The notes beneath the pieces are model-generated. The model was not told where the DNA came from. It did not search any database and saw nothing but the letters and a program-made list of their open reading frames with translations. Positions 1-9,618 of a stretch of 64,000 nucleotides of DNA are shown piece by piece (position 1 is the stretch's first letter; each line of letters begins with the position of its first letter). The stretch is from the IMG/VR virus record IMGVR_UViG_3300047094_001104; one strand, 5' to 3'. This DNA is from an uncultured virus (IMG/VR IMGVR_UViG_3300047094_001104) (lineage: Duplodnaviria; Heunggongvirae; Uroviricota; Caudoviricetes). The position numbers and the translations under genes were made by a program.

Positions 1-3
1 TAT

Positions 4-579
4 GTGAAGATGTATAACTTCGCTGATGCGTTGAAGGAGCTTTGCATCACAATGTTCGATATTTCCCATGAGCAGGCTTACGGCAGCTACAAGAATAGCT
101 TGACTAAGCTGAAGTGGGAGAATATGCCGGGTGTCGCAAGCTCCACCCAAATCGAAGATTTGTCCTTATCGACTGAGGACCTAGAGAAGCTAGGTATTCA
201 GTCACATAAGCCCGGCTTCATGACCGCTCGTGAAGTCCTCCAATTCGTCGGCACCGACATCTTCCGCCGCATGTACGAGCCAGTCTGGGTCAAGCTCCTC
301 ATGAACAAAATCAAAGCGGATTCTCCACTTGTCGCCGTTATTGCTGATTGCCGCTTTGATAATGAAGCACAGGCAGTAAAAGATGAGGGCGGCACTATTG
401 TGCGACTTACACGACGACCCACAAGAGACAACCATGCATCTGAAGATGGGTTCAAAGAATTCTCAGATTTCGACTTGGTTTTGGATAACGAGATTCTTGG
501 CATCAAAGATGCAAATCAGCAACTGCTAGACTTCTTGGTTCAAAAGGGCCTTAACGAGTTCGTAGCAAAGGCTGAATAA
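4..579 (+). CDS. Deoxynucleoside monophosphate (dNMP) kinase, 5'-truncated by the window edge
   Basis: Motifs FADALKE, TAREVLQFVGTDIFR and VIADCRFDNE match T4 gp1-type phage dNMP kinases; the P-loop would lie upstream of the window. Confidence 0.85.
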   Translation: MKMYNFADALKELCITMFDISHEQAYGSYKNSLTKLKWENMPGVASSTQIEDLSLSTEDLEKLGIQSHKPGFMTAREVLQFVGTDIFRRMYEPVWVKLLMNKIKADSPLVAVIADCRFDNEAQAVKDEGGTIVRLTRRPTRDNHASEDGFKEFSDFDLVLDNEILGIKDANQQLLDFLVQKGLNEFVAKAE

Positions 580-1622
580 TGATTTTGACCTACCTACGCT
601 CTAGTTCTATCGGCACTTATGCTATGTGCCCCCAGAAGTACTTATTCACATACGTTCTAGGTATGAAGGATAAGGACAATGGTAAGGCCATTATGGGTTC
701 GACCACTCACAAGGTGCTCGAACTACTAGGGAAGCAGAGGATAGCTACGCAGAATAAGAAGCGAAGTTTCGAGGATGAAGAGTTTGGCAAAATTGGCCAC
801 TCTAAGTGGAATATTGAATATTTCAACGAGATCTCTCACGCTTACTATGAGAAGATTTATCCGGGGATTATGCCACATAATTCTAAGAAGCTAACTCTTG
901 AGTGGTCTCATCTAGCTGTTACTCGACTCGATGGGGAAATGGACCCGAGGAATCAAAACATCCACGCTGTAGAAGAGTTCTTCGAGGTAGAGGTTCCTCA
1001 CGAGTGGGCGAATTACTCATACAAGGTTGGCGACGAAGTCATTGAGGGTCGATTGGGACTCAAGGGCACGGTTGACCTGATTGTGAAAGAAGATGATGTC
1101 TTCTTCCATATCATGGACTATAAGACTGGCCGCAGGTACAACTGGGCCACAGACAAGGTTAAGACCTATGACTGCCTAGCGGAAGATAAACAGCTCTTAC
1201 TGTATTACTATGCTTTGCGACTTAAGTATCCGGACAAACACTTCTACATCTCAATCTATTACATCAACGACTACAAGATTGATAAAGTAGATGTACCCGG
1301 AGGTATTTTTACTTTCGCGTTCGATGATAGCGATTTTAAAAAGGCTGAAAGCATGATTAAGGAGCAGTTTGAGACGATCAGGGACGATAAATTTCCCAGA
1401 GTGATCAGTAAAACCTGCAACCATTTCAAGTGCCAAAGACTGTGTGCTTTTTCCCAGATCATTCCAGAAATTTCCCCAGACGTGCCAGCCTGTATCTTTA
1501 TCCGTAGCGAGATTGAGAGAATTGGTATAGATGCAGTCACAGAGAAGTATGCCGACTTGAATAGGATGAAGGTATACTCTGGTGGCGGAAGAAACGAGGT
1601 ACAACTTGAGCCAAAAGATTAA
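579..1622 (+). CDS. PD-(D/E)XK Cas4/RecB-like exonuclease
   Basis: SSSIGTYAMCP N-terminus, GSTTHKVLE, GTVDLI..IMDYKTG, QLLLYYYA, C-terminal C-x4-C-x3-C (Fe-S-type Cys set). Confidence 0.85.
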   Translation: MILTYLRSSSIGTYAMCPQKYLFTYVLGMKDKDNGKAIMGSTTHKVLELLGKQRIATQNKKRSFEDEEFGKIGHSKWNIEYFNEISHAYYEKIYPGIMPHNSKKLTLEWSHLAVTRLDGEMDPRNQNIHAVEEFFEVEVPHEWANYSYKVGDEVIEGRLGLKGTVDLIVKEDDVFFHIMDYKTGRRYNWATDKVKTYDCLAEDKQLLLYYYALRLKYPDKHFYISIYYINDYKIDKVDVPGGIFTFAFDDSDFKKAESMIKEQFETIRDDKFPRVISKTCNHFKCQRLCAFSQIIPEISPDVPACIFIRSEIERIGIDAVTEKYADLNRMKVYSGGGRNEVQLEPKD

Positions 1623-1926
1623 CGACGATCAATGTGGGATCAAAAGATGTTCGGAGTATTTCGCCGACATATACATTAAAAAATGCAATGATGAAGCATG
1701 GAATTCTATTTTGGAACCTTGCGAGGATCGCGACCCCACGCTCAATGAAGAAAAAGTCCTCGAAGAAAGCCATAAGATTTGGAATAAAAGAATTTCTAGA
1801 ATACTTTGTCGAGCATATGGAGACGGGGTAATAAATAGCGAACAGCTTCATATTCTGACATCAGCATTCGATCCTTCGCAAGATCATAAGGTATACGGAC
1901 CAAATTTCAATAAAGGATTCAAATGA
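1606..1926 (+). CDS. Hypothetical protein
   Basis: TTG start at 1606 after GAGGT SD; stop overlaps the next ATG (ATGA). Confidence 0.55.
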   Translation: MSQKINDDQCGIKRCSEYFADIYIKKCNDEAWNSILEPCEDRDPTLNEEKVLEESHKIWNKRISRILCRAYGDGVINSEQLHILTSAFDPSQDHKVYGPNFNKGFK

Positions 1927-2576
1927 ACTACGAGAATATAATCGTCCATGACCTTGAAACGACTGGTGTGGACACCAGCACGGCACAAATTGTACAGATC
2001 GGTGCTATCTGCGTCGACGCCAGAAGACTTGAGATTATTGAAGGCAGCGAATTTGACGTCCTTATTAAGCCTTTGTATGGAGAAGAGTGTGCTAAAGCAG
2101 GTCTGCAAGAATTGACTGACGGAGCTATTAATATCCACAAAAAGGGCCACGCTTTATTAGCAGAGAAGGGCGTAACCCTAGAAACTGGGCTATCTAACTT
2201 TGTTTCCTATGTGAACACTCATAACTACGGGAAGACTAAGTGGAAAAGTCCAATCCCCGCTGGCTACAATATCAATGGGTATGATACCCCAATCCTGAAA
2301 AGAGATTTGGCAAGAACTGGACTATCTAGCCCATTCCACCCATCTATCTCAATCGACGTACTCCAATTAATGTGGATGTTCTTCGAAAATGATAAGAACG
2401 TAACCCGCCTATCCGCCGACTCACTCATTAGAAAGCACATGGGATGGAAAGACAAGGGAGAATCCCACGACGCTCTCGGGGACGTAATCATGACAGCGGA
2501 AGTCCTCATTAAATCAATGCGACTAATCCGCAAAGCCGTAGGTACTGTCAAGTTCGAAAATTGTTTCGCCCTCTAG
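1923..2576 (+). CDS. DEDDh 3'-5' exonuclease (DnaQ/epsilon-like)
   Basis: ExoI HDLETTG, ExoII GYNINGYD, ExoIII HDALGD. Confidence 0.9.
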   Translation: MNYENIIVHDLETTGVDTSTAQIVQIGAICVDARRLEIIEGSEFDVLIKPLYGEECAKAGLQELTDGAINIHKKGHALLAEKGVTLETGLSNFVSYVNTHNYGKTKWKSPIPAGYNINGYDTPILKRDLARTGLSSPFHPSISIDVLQLMWMFFENDKNVTRLSADSLIRKHMGWKDKGESHDALGDVIMTAEVLIKSMRLIRKAVGTVKFENCFAL

Positions 2577-2593
2577 TACCAGACGGAGTCTCT

Positions 2594-3034
2594 ATGGATA
2601 TCCTCGAAAAATATGAAGCCCTTATAGCCGATCTTGCACACTCTCTCTATAGGAAGACCCACCTATATGACTTTAAAGACCTCTTCCAGATAGGTCTGCA
2701 ATCGGCTATAAGGCTTGAAAAAAAGTTTGACCCAGTCAGGTCGCAGAGGAGTACATTCTTTACTCTCTGCGTTCGAAGAGATATGGTCAAATTTATCAAA
2801 AAGCATAACAAAGCTTTTACCAATACAATCCTCCCAAGTGGGATTGGCTCAAGCGATGAGCTTCAGCTCTGGGAATCTCTACCTGATCTCTGCCCCGAAG
2901 ATGCAGAGATGGTCAGGATGCTCTCAGAAGGCCACAGTAAAAGAGAAGTGGCTAGACGACTACAGCTACCACTGAAAGAAGTAAAAAATCGGCTAATCAA
3001 GGTTGGGGAGTTAATATGCTCAAAAGAGTGCTAG
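2594..3034 (+). CDS. Small sigma70-family-like transcription factor
   Basis: Region 2-like DLFQIG..KKFDPVR..TFFT and C-terminal HTH (GHSKREVARRLQL); GGAG SD before ATG 2594. Confidence 0.75.
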   Translation: MDILEKYEALIADLAHSLYRKTHLYDFKDLFQIGLQSAIRLEKKFDPVRSQRSTFFTLCVRRDMVKFIKKHNKAFTNTILPSGIGSSDELQLWESLPDLCPEDAEMVRMLSEGHSKREVARRLQLPLKEVKNRLIKVGELICSKEC

Positions 3035-4668
3035 TTGGATCTGAAGCTTCTTATCTGAATACTGGGTACGCTTCTTACGGTCGTGAGCTTATTAGGCGGC
3101 TTATCGCTACCGGCAAGTATGAAGTAGCCGAGATCTCCTGCTACGGATCTGCCGATGACGAAAGACGTAGGGAAATTCCTTGGAAGAACTACCCAATGGC
3201 TCCCTCTAAGGGCGATTCTGACGAGGTAAAGCAGATATATGCCTCTAATCCGGCCAACCAATTTGGGGCATGGAGATTCGAGAGGGCCTGCCTAGATTTT
3301 AAGCCAGACTGCCTAATTATGCAGAAAGATCCATGGATGGATTCTTGGGTGAAGCATTCGCCATTTAGACCATTCTTCTCTTGGTCTTGGGCCAGTACGG
3401 TGGACTCAGCCCCGCAGAATCCAGAATGGATTAATCAATTTGCCGATGCTGACTACTTCTACACTCTCTCAGAGTGGGCCGAGGGGGTCATCAAGGAGCA
3501 GGCTGGCGATTCAGTAAACCTAGTTGGTTCTGTGACGATGTGTGCTGCTGACGAGTTCAAGCCAGTCCCTAACAAGGCGGCACATAGGCTCTCTATGGGT
3601 CTAGATCCCGATTGGAAAATTATTGGGACCGTCATGAGGAATCAGCGAAGAAAGCTCTTCCCCGAACTCCTAGAGGCCTTCGCTCTTTATCTAGCCACTA
3701 CCGGAGATGAAAAGACTTATCTCTATTGCCATACGTCATACCCAGACAATGGTTGGGACCTTCCACAATTGATGATGAAGTACGGTATATCATCTCGGGT
3801 CCTATTCAGCTATGCCTGCGAAGAATGCGGCAAATTATCAATCAGCAAATTTAGCGATACGATCAAGCAATGCAAGGGCTGCAAAAAGTATGCAGCAAAG
3901 CTATCTAGTGTAAGTAATGGTGCTACGACCGCTGAGTTGGCCAAAATCTATAACCTGTTTGACTTATACATCCAATATTCAAACTCAGAGGGAATGGGCA
4001 TAGGCCAGCTTGAGGCGGCTGCTTGTGGAGTACCAGTTATGTCTACTGACTATTCCGCAATGGAATCCATCGTCCGTAAAATTGGCGGATTCCCAATTCC
4101 ACTCAGGGCAAAAGTCCTAGAGCTTGAAACTGGGTGCTATCGAGCAATTCCAGAGATAGACGAGGTTGTCTCCTATTGGAAGATGTTTTTCTCTTTACCG
4201 GAGAGTGATAGGGCGGCGATATCTGAGAAGACTTTGTCTGAGTACTCTCGCAACTTCAATTGGGACGAAGTAGTCGGAAAGTGGATGGTTTCACTCGACC
4301 AGTCTCCAAAGGGGGCTTGGGATAAACCATTTAGACAAATCAAGATCCCGGATGACAAAATCCCGAATTTCACCAACAATAAGGATTTTCTTGACTGGGC
4401 TATTTCTTCCTATTTGCCCCATTCTAATCTGATTAACTCATATGAGGCTAACTGCCTACTTAGGGATCTGAACTTCAAATCCTATAAACCCAACCCATGT
4501 GGTTTCTTCTATTCGGAGAACTCTTACTTTAATAGGGTTCCTTTTGTAGATTTCAGCAGAGACCACGTTATCAAAATGTTCAAGGGCAAGGCTGAGACAT
4601 TCAATTTCTGGGAAAGCGTGAGATGTGGCAAGAGGAAACTACAATCGGAGGACTGGCTCAATGATTAG
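3016..4668 (+). CDS. GT-B glycosyltransferase (GT4-like) with CxxC..CxxC insert
   Basis: NTGYASYGRE N-terminus, VMRNQRRK, and EX7E motif SEGMGIGQLEAAACGVPV. Confidence 0.88.
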   Translation: MLKRVLVGSEASYLNTGYASYGRELIRRLIATGKYEVAEISCYGSADDERRREIPWKNYPMAPSKGDSDEVKQIYASNPANQFGAWRFERACLDFKPDCLIMQKDPWMDSWVKHSPFRPFFSWSWASTVDSAPQNPEWINQFADADYFYTLSEWAEGVIKEQAGDSVNLVGSVTMCAADEFKPVPNKAAHRLSMGLDPDWKIIGTVMRNQRRKLFPELLEAFALYLATTGDEKTYLYCHTSYPDNGWDLPQLMMKYGISSRVLFSYACEECGKLSISKFSDTIKQCKGCKKYAAKLSSVSNGATTAELAKIYNLFDLYIQYSNSEGMGIGQLEAAACGVPVMSTDYSAMESIVRKIGGFPIPLRAKVLELETGCYRAIPEIDEVVSYWKMFFSLPESDRAAISEKTLSEYSRNFNWDEVVGKWMVSLDQSPKGAWDKPFRQIKIPDDKIPNFTNNKDFLDWAISSYLPHSNLINSYEANCLLRDLNFKSYKPNPCGFFYSENSYFNRVPFVDFSRDHVIKMFKGKAETFNFWESVRCGKRKLQSEDWLND

Positions 4669-5374
4669 TACAACTTGTAAAGATTGTGTCTTTAAAGAAA
4701 TGCATGGTAAGGTTCAGACTGGATGCAAACTACTTATTCTTGAGAGATTCAGAGATGCCGGAGAAGAACTATCTAGATACCAAGACGAAGAGTCTACCTT
4801 CTACAAGGTGGATCGCATCTGTATGTGGCGAAGGTCTGAGCCAACCGAGGATATCGAAAAAGATGTCTATATCAAATCTAACATTGTGGTAATGCATGAT
4901 GAAGGTGACGATCTGGACCAAACCCTAGAAGATATCTATAATCTTGACACTCCCAAGCCTCCGAGGGTTATAGTATGTCATACAACCAAAAATTTGCTTG
5001 AGGGTTACGACAAATGGTCTAAGAAATTTGGCCCACAAAGATTCTCCTGTATCATGTTGGTTGAATCTCTATATAGCGGCTCTGGATGCGATGAAGCGTT
5101 TAAGAGATCGAAAAATGGCTGGATCTTTTTCATCAAATCTGGCGATAGAGTAGATAAAGATATGCTGAATGCTCTAAACTACTCTGTGAACTACAAAATG
5201 AGTAAGCATTTAGCGACTACCGGAATTATTAGTTATATGGCCGTTGCCTATAAATTACTCAAAGGACAAATGGGAAATATCCACGAGACATTGCTCGAAA
5301 TAAATGGGGCTACAAAAGACTGGAAAGAAATCTATGAAGATTATCGGCTATACATTTCGGGACAAAGCTCCTAA
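4661..5374 (+). CDS. Hypothetical protein: Cys-rich N-terminus plus degenerate GT-A-like region
   Basis: CKDC..C..C N-terminus; NIVVMH..LDQTLEDI and GWIFFIKSGD resemble GT2 strands; lies in the glycosyltransferase operon. Confidence 0.45.
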   Translation: MISTTCKDCVFKEMHGKVQTGCKLLILERFRDAGEELSRYQDEESTFYKVDRICMWRRSEPTEDIEKDVYIKSNIVVMHDEGDDLDQTLEDIYNLDTPKPPRVIVCHTTKNLLEGYDKWSKKFGPQRFSCIMLVESLYSGSGCDEAFKRSKNGWIFFIKSGDRVDKDMLNALNYSVNYKMSKHLATTGIISYMAVAYKLLKGQMGNIHETLLEINGATKDWKEIYEDYRLYISGQSS

Positions 5375-5702
5375 GACTAGTCCATTTGTCGACGAGGTCG
5401 TTATTCTCAAAGAGTATAGCGAGCTACAGGGCGACTATGCGATAGACATAACTCTGGGAGAATTAGCAGAAGACCCAAGACCTTGGCTCAAAGATGCAGC
5501 CGCCTATTATGGCGACTATTTCGACCAGTATGGTACTTACTCTCTGCACAGCATGTTCCCGTCAATAAGGACAACTTATCCCGGAATGATTTATAAGACA
5601 TCTCTGCTGGTGGAATGTAAAACCAAAAACCCGCTAGAGGAGATCTGTAAGAATAATACCATTTCCTATATTCCTCGCCCAATGTTTAAGATTGTAATAT
5701 GA
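5334..5702 (+). CDS. Hypothetical protein (possible GT-A fragment)
   Basis: Translationally coupled ORF in the operon; AAAYYGDYF resembles GT2 'VYSD' strands. Confidence 0.4.
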   Translation: MKIIGYTFRDKAPKTSPFVDEVVILKEYSELQGDYAIDITLGELAEDPRPWLKDAAAYYGDYFDQYGTYSLHSMFPSIRTTYPGMIYKTSLLVECKTKNPLEEICKNNTISYIPRPMFKIVI

Positions 5703-6346
5703 GCACCTATATATTGCTTTCTGCTGGGGCAGGAAGGTCTATGCAGACTAGAGGGGCTAAAGCCCTATTAGAGTATAATGGACTTACTGTGCTAGACCAT
5801 CAGGTCAAAACTATACAGAGGTTTGACAAGAAGGCAGACATTCTTGTCGTAACTGGGGTTGGTCATGACAGGATCGTCAAACACATCAGTAAAAGAGAGT
5901 ATGACATTCGTGTTCTATTCAACTATAACTACAAGCTAACTAGCCAGACCGAGAGTCTCAGGCTAGCCCTAAATGCAATAAGGCATGACGCAGTCTATAT
6001 CATTCATGGAGACATGATTTTCAATGAGGCGAGTCTGTGTTGCTCGAATAGGTCATCTCTGGTGCTGTCGTCAAATGATGACAAGAAAAGTGTCGGAGTC
6101 GCATATTCAGATGGAATGGTTATCCATTTGTCCTATGGCCTTCCAGAGAAGTGGGGCCAAATAGCCTATATCTGCAAAAAGGACTTTCAGATCGCTAAGA
6201 GGACGATAAACTCGTTCAGAAACAACAAGATGACTTTTGAGTACATCAATATGCTCTTAAAAGAGATTACGATGTCTATTGTCTATGATGGTGTTAAAAC
6301 ATTGGAGATAAATAAAGACTATGAAAACGCTAGTGATAACATCTAA
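5699..6346 (+). CDS. Sugar/phosphocholine nucleotidyltransferase (NTP_transferase, LicC/MobA-like)
   Basis: ILLSAGAGRSM..GAKALL, VVTG, FNYNY, IIHGDMIF. Confidence 0.85.
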   Translation: MSTYILLSAGAGRSMQTRGAKALLEYNGLTVLDHQVKTIQRFDKKADILVVTGVGHDRIVKHISKREYDIRVLFNYNYKLTSQTESLRLALNAIRHDAVYIIHGDMIFNEASLCCSNRSSLVLSSNDDKKSVGVAYSDGMVIHLSYGLPEKWGQIAYICKKDFQIAKRTINSFRNNKMTFEYINMLLKEITMSIVYDGVKTLEINKDYENASDNI

Positions 6347-7010
6347 AAATGACTTTAGAATTCATACCCTGATGGCTCCACTAAAGAGTCTTATGGAAGT
6401 CGGATTCATGGCCAAGTACGATGGCCAATCAGTTTCTGATTTCGGTGCAGACTTGGTATTCACTGATGAGCCAGAAAAGACGCCCGGAGCATATGACCTC
6501 AGCAAAATTGGCTCTATCCGCCCGTTCATCAATCTAATATCATATACTGAGCCACACAATACGCCAAAATATGAGTCTGATATCTCATACATCGGTCCAA
6601 TATCCGATATGGACTCTTCATTGTTGGACCTATATCGACTCGGATACAATGTGAGGAACTTCTTTGGGTCAGCTTCTCTTTTACCGTGCTATTCTGGCTC
6701 TATCCAGATTGGCGAGTGTTGGTCCATCTATAAGACGGCTAAAGTCTCGCCGATTCCTAGATCAGATATTGGATATAGAGAGCTGGACATAATCGCCGGA
6801 GATGGGAACCCCCTGAAGTTTTCGACAAAAGAAGAGTTCATATCTGAAGCGATCAAGGGGATTAAGGGCAAAAAATTTAAGCATACTATGTCCAAGACCA
6901 GCATTTTTGCTGGTCATACAAATTTTGACAGACTTTCTCAGATCGTTCATGATCTAGGGTTTTCTGCAGTGGCCAAGAAGATACTAGAGGACAAAAAATG
7001 CTTGGTTTAA
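6321..7010 (+). CDS. CgeB-like (Glyco_trans_1_2) glycosyltransferase-like protein
   Basis: YESDISYIG, YKTAKVS, RELDIIAGDG and C-terminal HTNFDR resemble the CgeB-family DxxFxG..SKI..RxFE..HTYxHR pattern. Confidence 0.55.
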   Translation: MKTLVITSKNDFRIHTLMAPLKSLMEVGFMAKYDGQSVSDFGADLVFTDEPEKTPGAYDLSKIGSIRPFINLISYTEPHNTPKYESDISYIGPISDMDSSLLDLYRLGYNVRNFFGSASLLPCYSGSIQIGECWSIYKTAKVSPIPRSDIGYRELDIIAGDGNPLKFSTKEEFISEAIKGIKGKKFKHTMSKTSIFAGHTNFDRLSQIVHDLGFSAVAKKILEDKKCLV

Positions 7011-7435
7011 TAGTGGCCGATACTAACTTTTCAGAACGATCAATAATGGCGTTTGAGGAACTTAACAAGAAGGCTAGGGGGCTAGATGAGGCTTCTTTGT
7101 TCTACGTGAACCTAAGCTCTCAGGTTCTGCCAGCCGACTTCTCCATCATGAATATCACAGAGATCGCCAATGCATATGATTGGACTCTAGTAGCGACTTG
7201 CCTAATGTCAGCCGATATACTCAAAATGGCGACAATAAGGGCCAAAAAAGCGTATTATATGATGGATCTGGCCTTTTTAATGAAACCGTATGACTTTGTG
7301 AAGACATATGAGACCTTGTCTAAGCTGAAGCTCATCGTAAGGTCAGAACATCACCAAAGGTTCATCAAGAACCTATTCAATCTTGACTCTATTGTTTTAC
7401 CGTTTGAGTTGGATAAGATATGCAATACGCTATAG
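6998..7435 (+). CDS. Hypothetical protein (GT-B N-terminal-like fragment)
   Basis: LVATC..KAYYMMDL..LIVRSEHH pattern; coupled in the operon. Confidence 0.45.
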   Translation: MLGLIVADTNFSERSIMAFEELNKKARGLDEASLFYVNLSSQVLPADFSIMNITEIANAYDWTLVATCLMSADILKMATIRAKKAYYMMDLAFLMKPYDFVKTYETLSKLKLIVRSEHHQRFIKNLFNLDSIVLPFELDKICNTL

Positions 7436-8226
7436 TTAATTCTGCGAAACTCCGTTTCTCCTATTTGGATGAAAAGAAGTCTGTTCCCACCATCGCTGTC
7501 GAAATGGGCACTAATGAAACCAAGATTAGGCGAGCCCTAAAGTTCTTGGGGGTTCCAATCCGCTCTTATGCGGAAGCTCAGAGTGTAGCCATTTCTCAGG
7601 GGATCGCTAAGCATCCCACCAAGGGGAAAAAGCTCTCCAAGGAAACAATCAATAACATTTCAGCCCAAAGATCAAAAGCTTGGCTTGATTTGCCGGAAGA
7701 TGAAAAGCAGAAATTCCGCGACCTCAAAAAGGAACAGTGGAATAATATGACCGAGTCAGCTAAAGAGAATCTGAGATCAGCAGCCTACGCAGCGATCCGA
7801 GAATCAGCCGAAATTGGGTCTAAAACTGAGAGGTATGTATCTGCCGCTCTTGAAGAAGAGGGCTATGGCGTAATCATTCATGCCAGAAATCTCATACAAA
7901 GTCAGGCTCTTGAGGTTGACATGTTCATCCCTGACCTTAAAACTGCTGTAGAGATTGACGGCCCGTCACATTTCGAGCCGGTTTGGGGACCTGATCGGCT
8001 GAGAAAGCAACAGTCTGCTGACACTGCTAAGCAGGGATTGTTGATGAATAATGGGTACGCCCTGATAAGGGTAAAACAATTGGATAGGTCGATGAGTGTT
8101 AAAAGAATGAAGGATGTTTATGAGTTAATCCTGTCTGAACTTAGGAAGATTGAAGTTGAATTTCCTCCACTCGGCAAAAGGATGATCGAGTTGGAAATTA
8201 AAGATGGTGTTACTAGGAAGATTTAG
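7420..8226 (+). CDS. Putative homing endonuclease: HTH/NUMOD3-like plus DUF559/Vsr-like nuclease
   Basis: KGKKLSKETINNIS (NUMOD3-like); EVDMFIPDLKTAVEIDGPSH..D..KQ..L..GY..IRV. Confidence 0.75.
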   Translation: MQYAIVNSAKLRFSYLDEKKSVPTIAVEMGTNETKIRRALKFLGVPIRSYAEAQSVAISQGIAKHPTKGKKLSKETINNISAQRSKAWLDLPEDEKQKFRDLKKEQWNNMTESAKENLRSAAYAAIRESAEIGSKTERYVSAALEEEGYGVIIHARNLIQSQALEVDMFIPDLKTAVEIDGPSHFEPVWGPDRLRKQQSADTAKQGLLMNNGYALIRVKQLDRSMSVKRMKDVYELILSELRKIEVEFPPLGKRMIELEIKDGVTRKI

Positions 8227-8234
8227 GCTATAAT
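8226..8234 (+). promoter_or_regulatory. Putative promoter -10 element GGCTATAAT
   Basis: Lies upstream of the SD and ATG 8250; the same 9-mer occurs on the minus strand at 51830-51838. Confidence 0.5.
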
Positions 8235-8249
8235 AGATCGAGGAAACGA

Positions 8250-8912
8250 ATGAGCACTGAAGAAAAGACAGTTCCGGATTATTTATCTCCAGAGTGGGAC
8301 ACTTATGCGATGTCTCAGTTTGCCCCAAATGAACTTCAGGAAGGGCATCCTAACGCTGCTGGACTTCGTAGGGTAGCAGAACTACTCCTAGGACCAATTC
8401 TCAAGAGTGGCCCAACTCAGGTATTTCCATCTGAGGGGAATGGCCCCACTAGAGCTACTGTCGTTTATTCTGTCACATTCTCGTGGAAAGCGGACGGTAC
8501 TATCAGAGAATACTCTGAAGTGGCTGACGTTTGGCACGGGAACACTGACGCACTCTTCTGCGGATACGCTGTAGCGACCGCCTCCACCCGAGCAGAGGGA
8601 AGAGCCCTCCGCAAGGCTTTAAAGCTTAAGAAGTGTTCCGCAGAAGAGTTGAGCAAAAATGATGTGGCCAAAATTGTGGCTGAAGAAACAGTTGAGAAGA
8701 TCTCGAACGAGCAAATTAGTTTCATTGATAGCAAGTGTAAGAAGCTTGATATCAATGTGATCGCCTTTATTAACTCTGGGGAGAAGCAATATCGCAGCAT
8801 TTACGACGTGACGAGAGATACAGCAGCAAAGATGATCAAGAAGTTAACAGAGTTAACGAATGACAAAACTTTGATCGGCGAACCAATCAAAGTTTATACC
8901 GAATGGAGATAG
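8250..8912 (+). CDS. Rad52/Rad22-like single-strand annealing protein
   Basis: Beta-strands followed by AVATASTRAEGRALRKAL; C-terminal SNEQISFI..AAKMIKKL helix; adjacent to SSB. Confidence 0.6.
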   Translation: MSTEEKTVPDYLSPEWDTYAMSQFAPNELQEGHPNAAGLRRVAELLLGPILKSGPTQVFPSEGNGPTRATVVYSVTFSWKADGTIREYSEVADVWHGNTDALFCGYAVATASTRAEGRALRKALKLKKCSAEELSKNDVAKIVAEETVEKISNEQISFIDSKCKKLDINVIAFINSGEKQYRSIYDVTRDTAAKMIKKLTELTNDKTLIGEPIKVYTEWR

Positions 8913-8953
8913 GGCTGTCGCCCTTCCCAGTGAATTTTTTAGAAAGCGAAGCA

Positions 8954-9556
8954 ATGAGCAGAACTGATACACAAACATCCAACAAGATCAAGTCCCCTGT
9001 TAAGTACTACATCGAATTCGGTGGTGCCGAAGGGATTTGGGCCTATTGGGACGGTGAAAAGAATGTGAGGTTTGATACCCTCGAATTCGTGGTAATGGAT
9101 ATTCGATCGTCAATCGGTGGTTGGAGCGATTCTAACAATTGTCGCATCAACTCCAACATTGTTAAGTCTACCGTAAAGAATCCACTGACTGTCAGGGCTG
9201 GCAAGGTGGTCCTCGCTGAGGGACTTTACGCTGACATCAAGAATGACGTAGTAGCGGCAGGAGGTAAGTTCGTCACTAACATCTTCGCAATGGCTAAGAT
9301 TGATGAAGCTTGGACCCCGGTCGATATTCAGTTGTCTGGGGCGTGCCTGCGAGACTGGTCAGCCTTCGTCGAGGCGAGTGGAAGCATCTTCAAGGTATAC
9401 GAGATGGTCGTTTCTGCGACTCGTGGCGAAGCCCAGAAGAAGGGGGCGGTTAAGTACTTCACTCCTACTTTTACTGCTGGAGAATTGGACGCCGAAGTGG
9501 CCGCAGCAGCAGATGAATTCTGTAGAGATAAGCTGATTCCTTATCTGAACCAGTAA
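8954..9556 (+). CDS. Putative single-stranded DNA-binding protein
   Basis: Aromatic beta-rich OB-like pattern (WAYWD, GGWSD, KKGAVKYFTPTF), acidic C-terminal stretch, GC-richer codon usage. Confidence 0.55.
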   Translation: MSRTDTQTSNKIKSPVKYYIEFGGAEGIWAYWDGEKNVRFDTLEFVVMDIRSSIGGWSDSNNCRINSNIVKSTVKNPLTVRAGKVVLAEGLYADIKNDVVAAGGKFVTNIFAMAKIDEAWTPVDIQLSGACLRDWSAFVEASGSIFKVYEMVVSATRGEAQKKGAVKYFTPTFTAGELDAEVAAAADEFCRDKLIPYLNQ

Positions 9557-9590
9557 AATAGAATGGTCTAATTAACGATCAGATCACACT

Positions 9591-9618
9591 GAAGGGTGGC
9601 GAAAGCCACCCCTTCTCG
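9591..9618 (+). terminator. GAAA-tetraloop hairpin (terminator or processing site)
   Basis: GGGTGGC-GAAA-GCCACCC after the SSB gene; weak U-tract. Confidence 0.6.

Noticed and set aside
579..1622. CRISPR-Cas system suggested by the Cas4-like nuclease
   Set aside because: No repeat-spacer array or other cas genes seen; solo Cas4/RecB-like nucleases are common in phage replication modules
1634..1831. Alternative 65-aa plus-strand ORF
   Set aside because: The overlapping frame 1606-1926 has an SD and ATGA coupling to the next gene, so it is the better call
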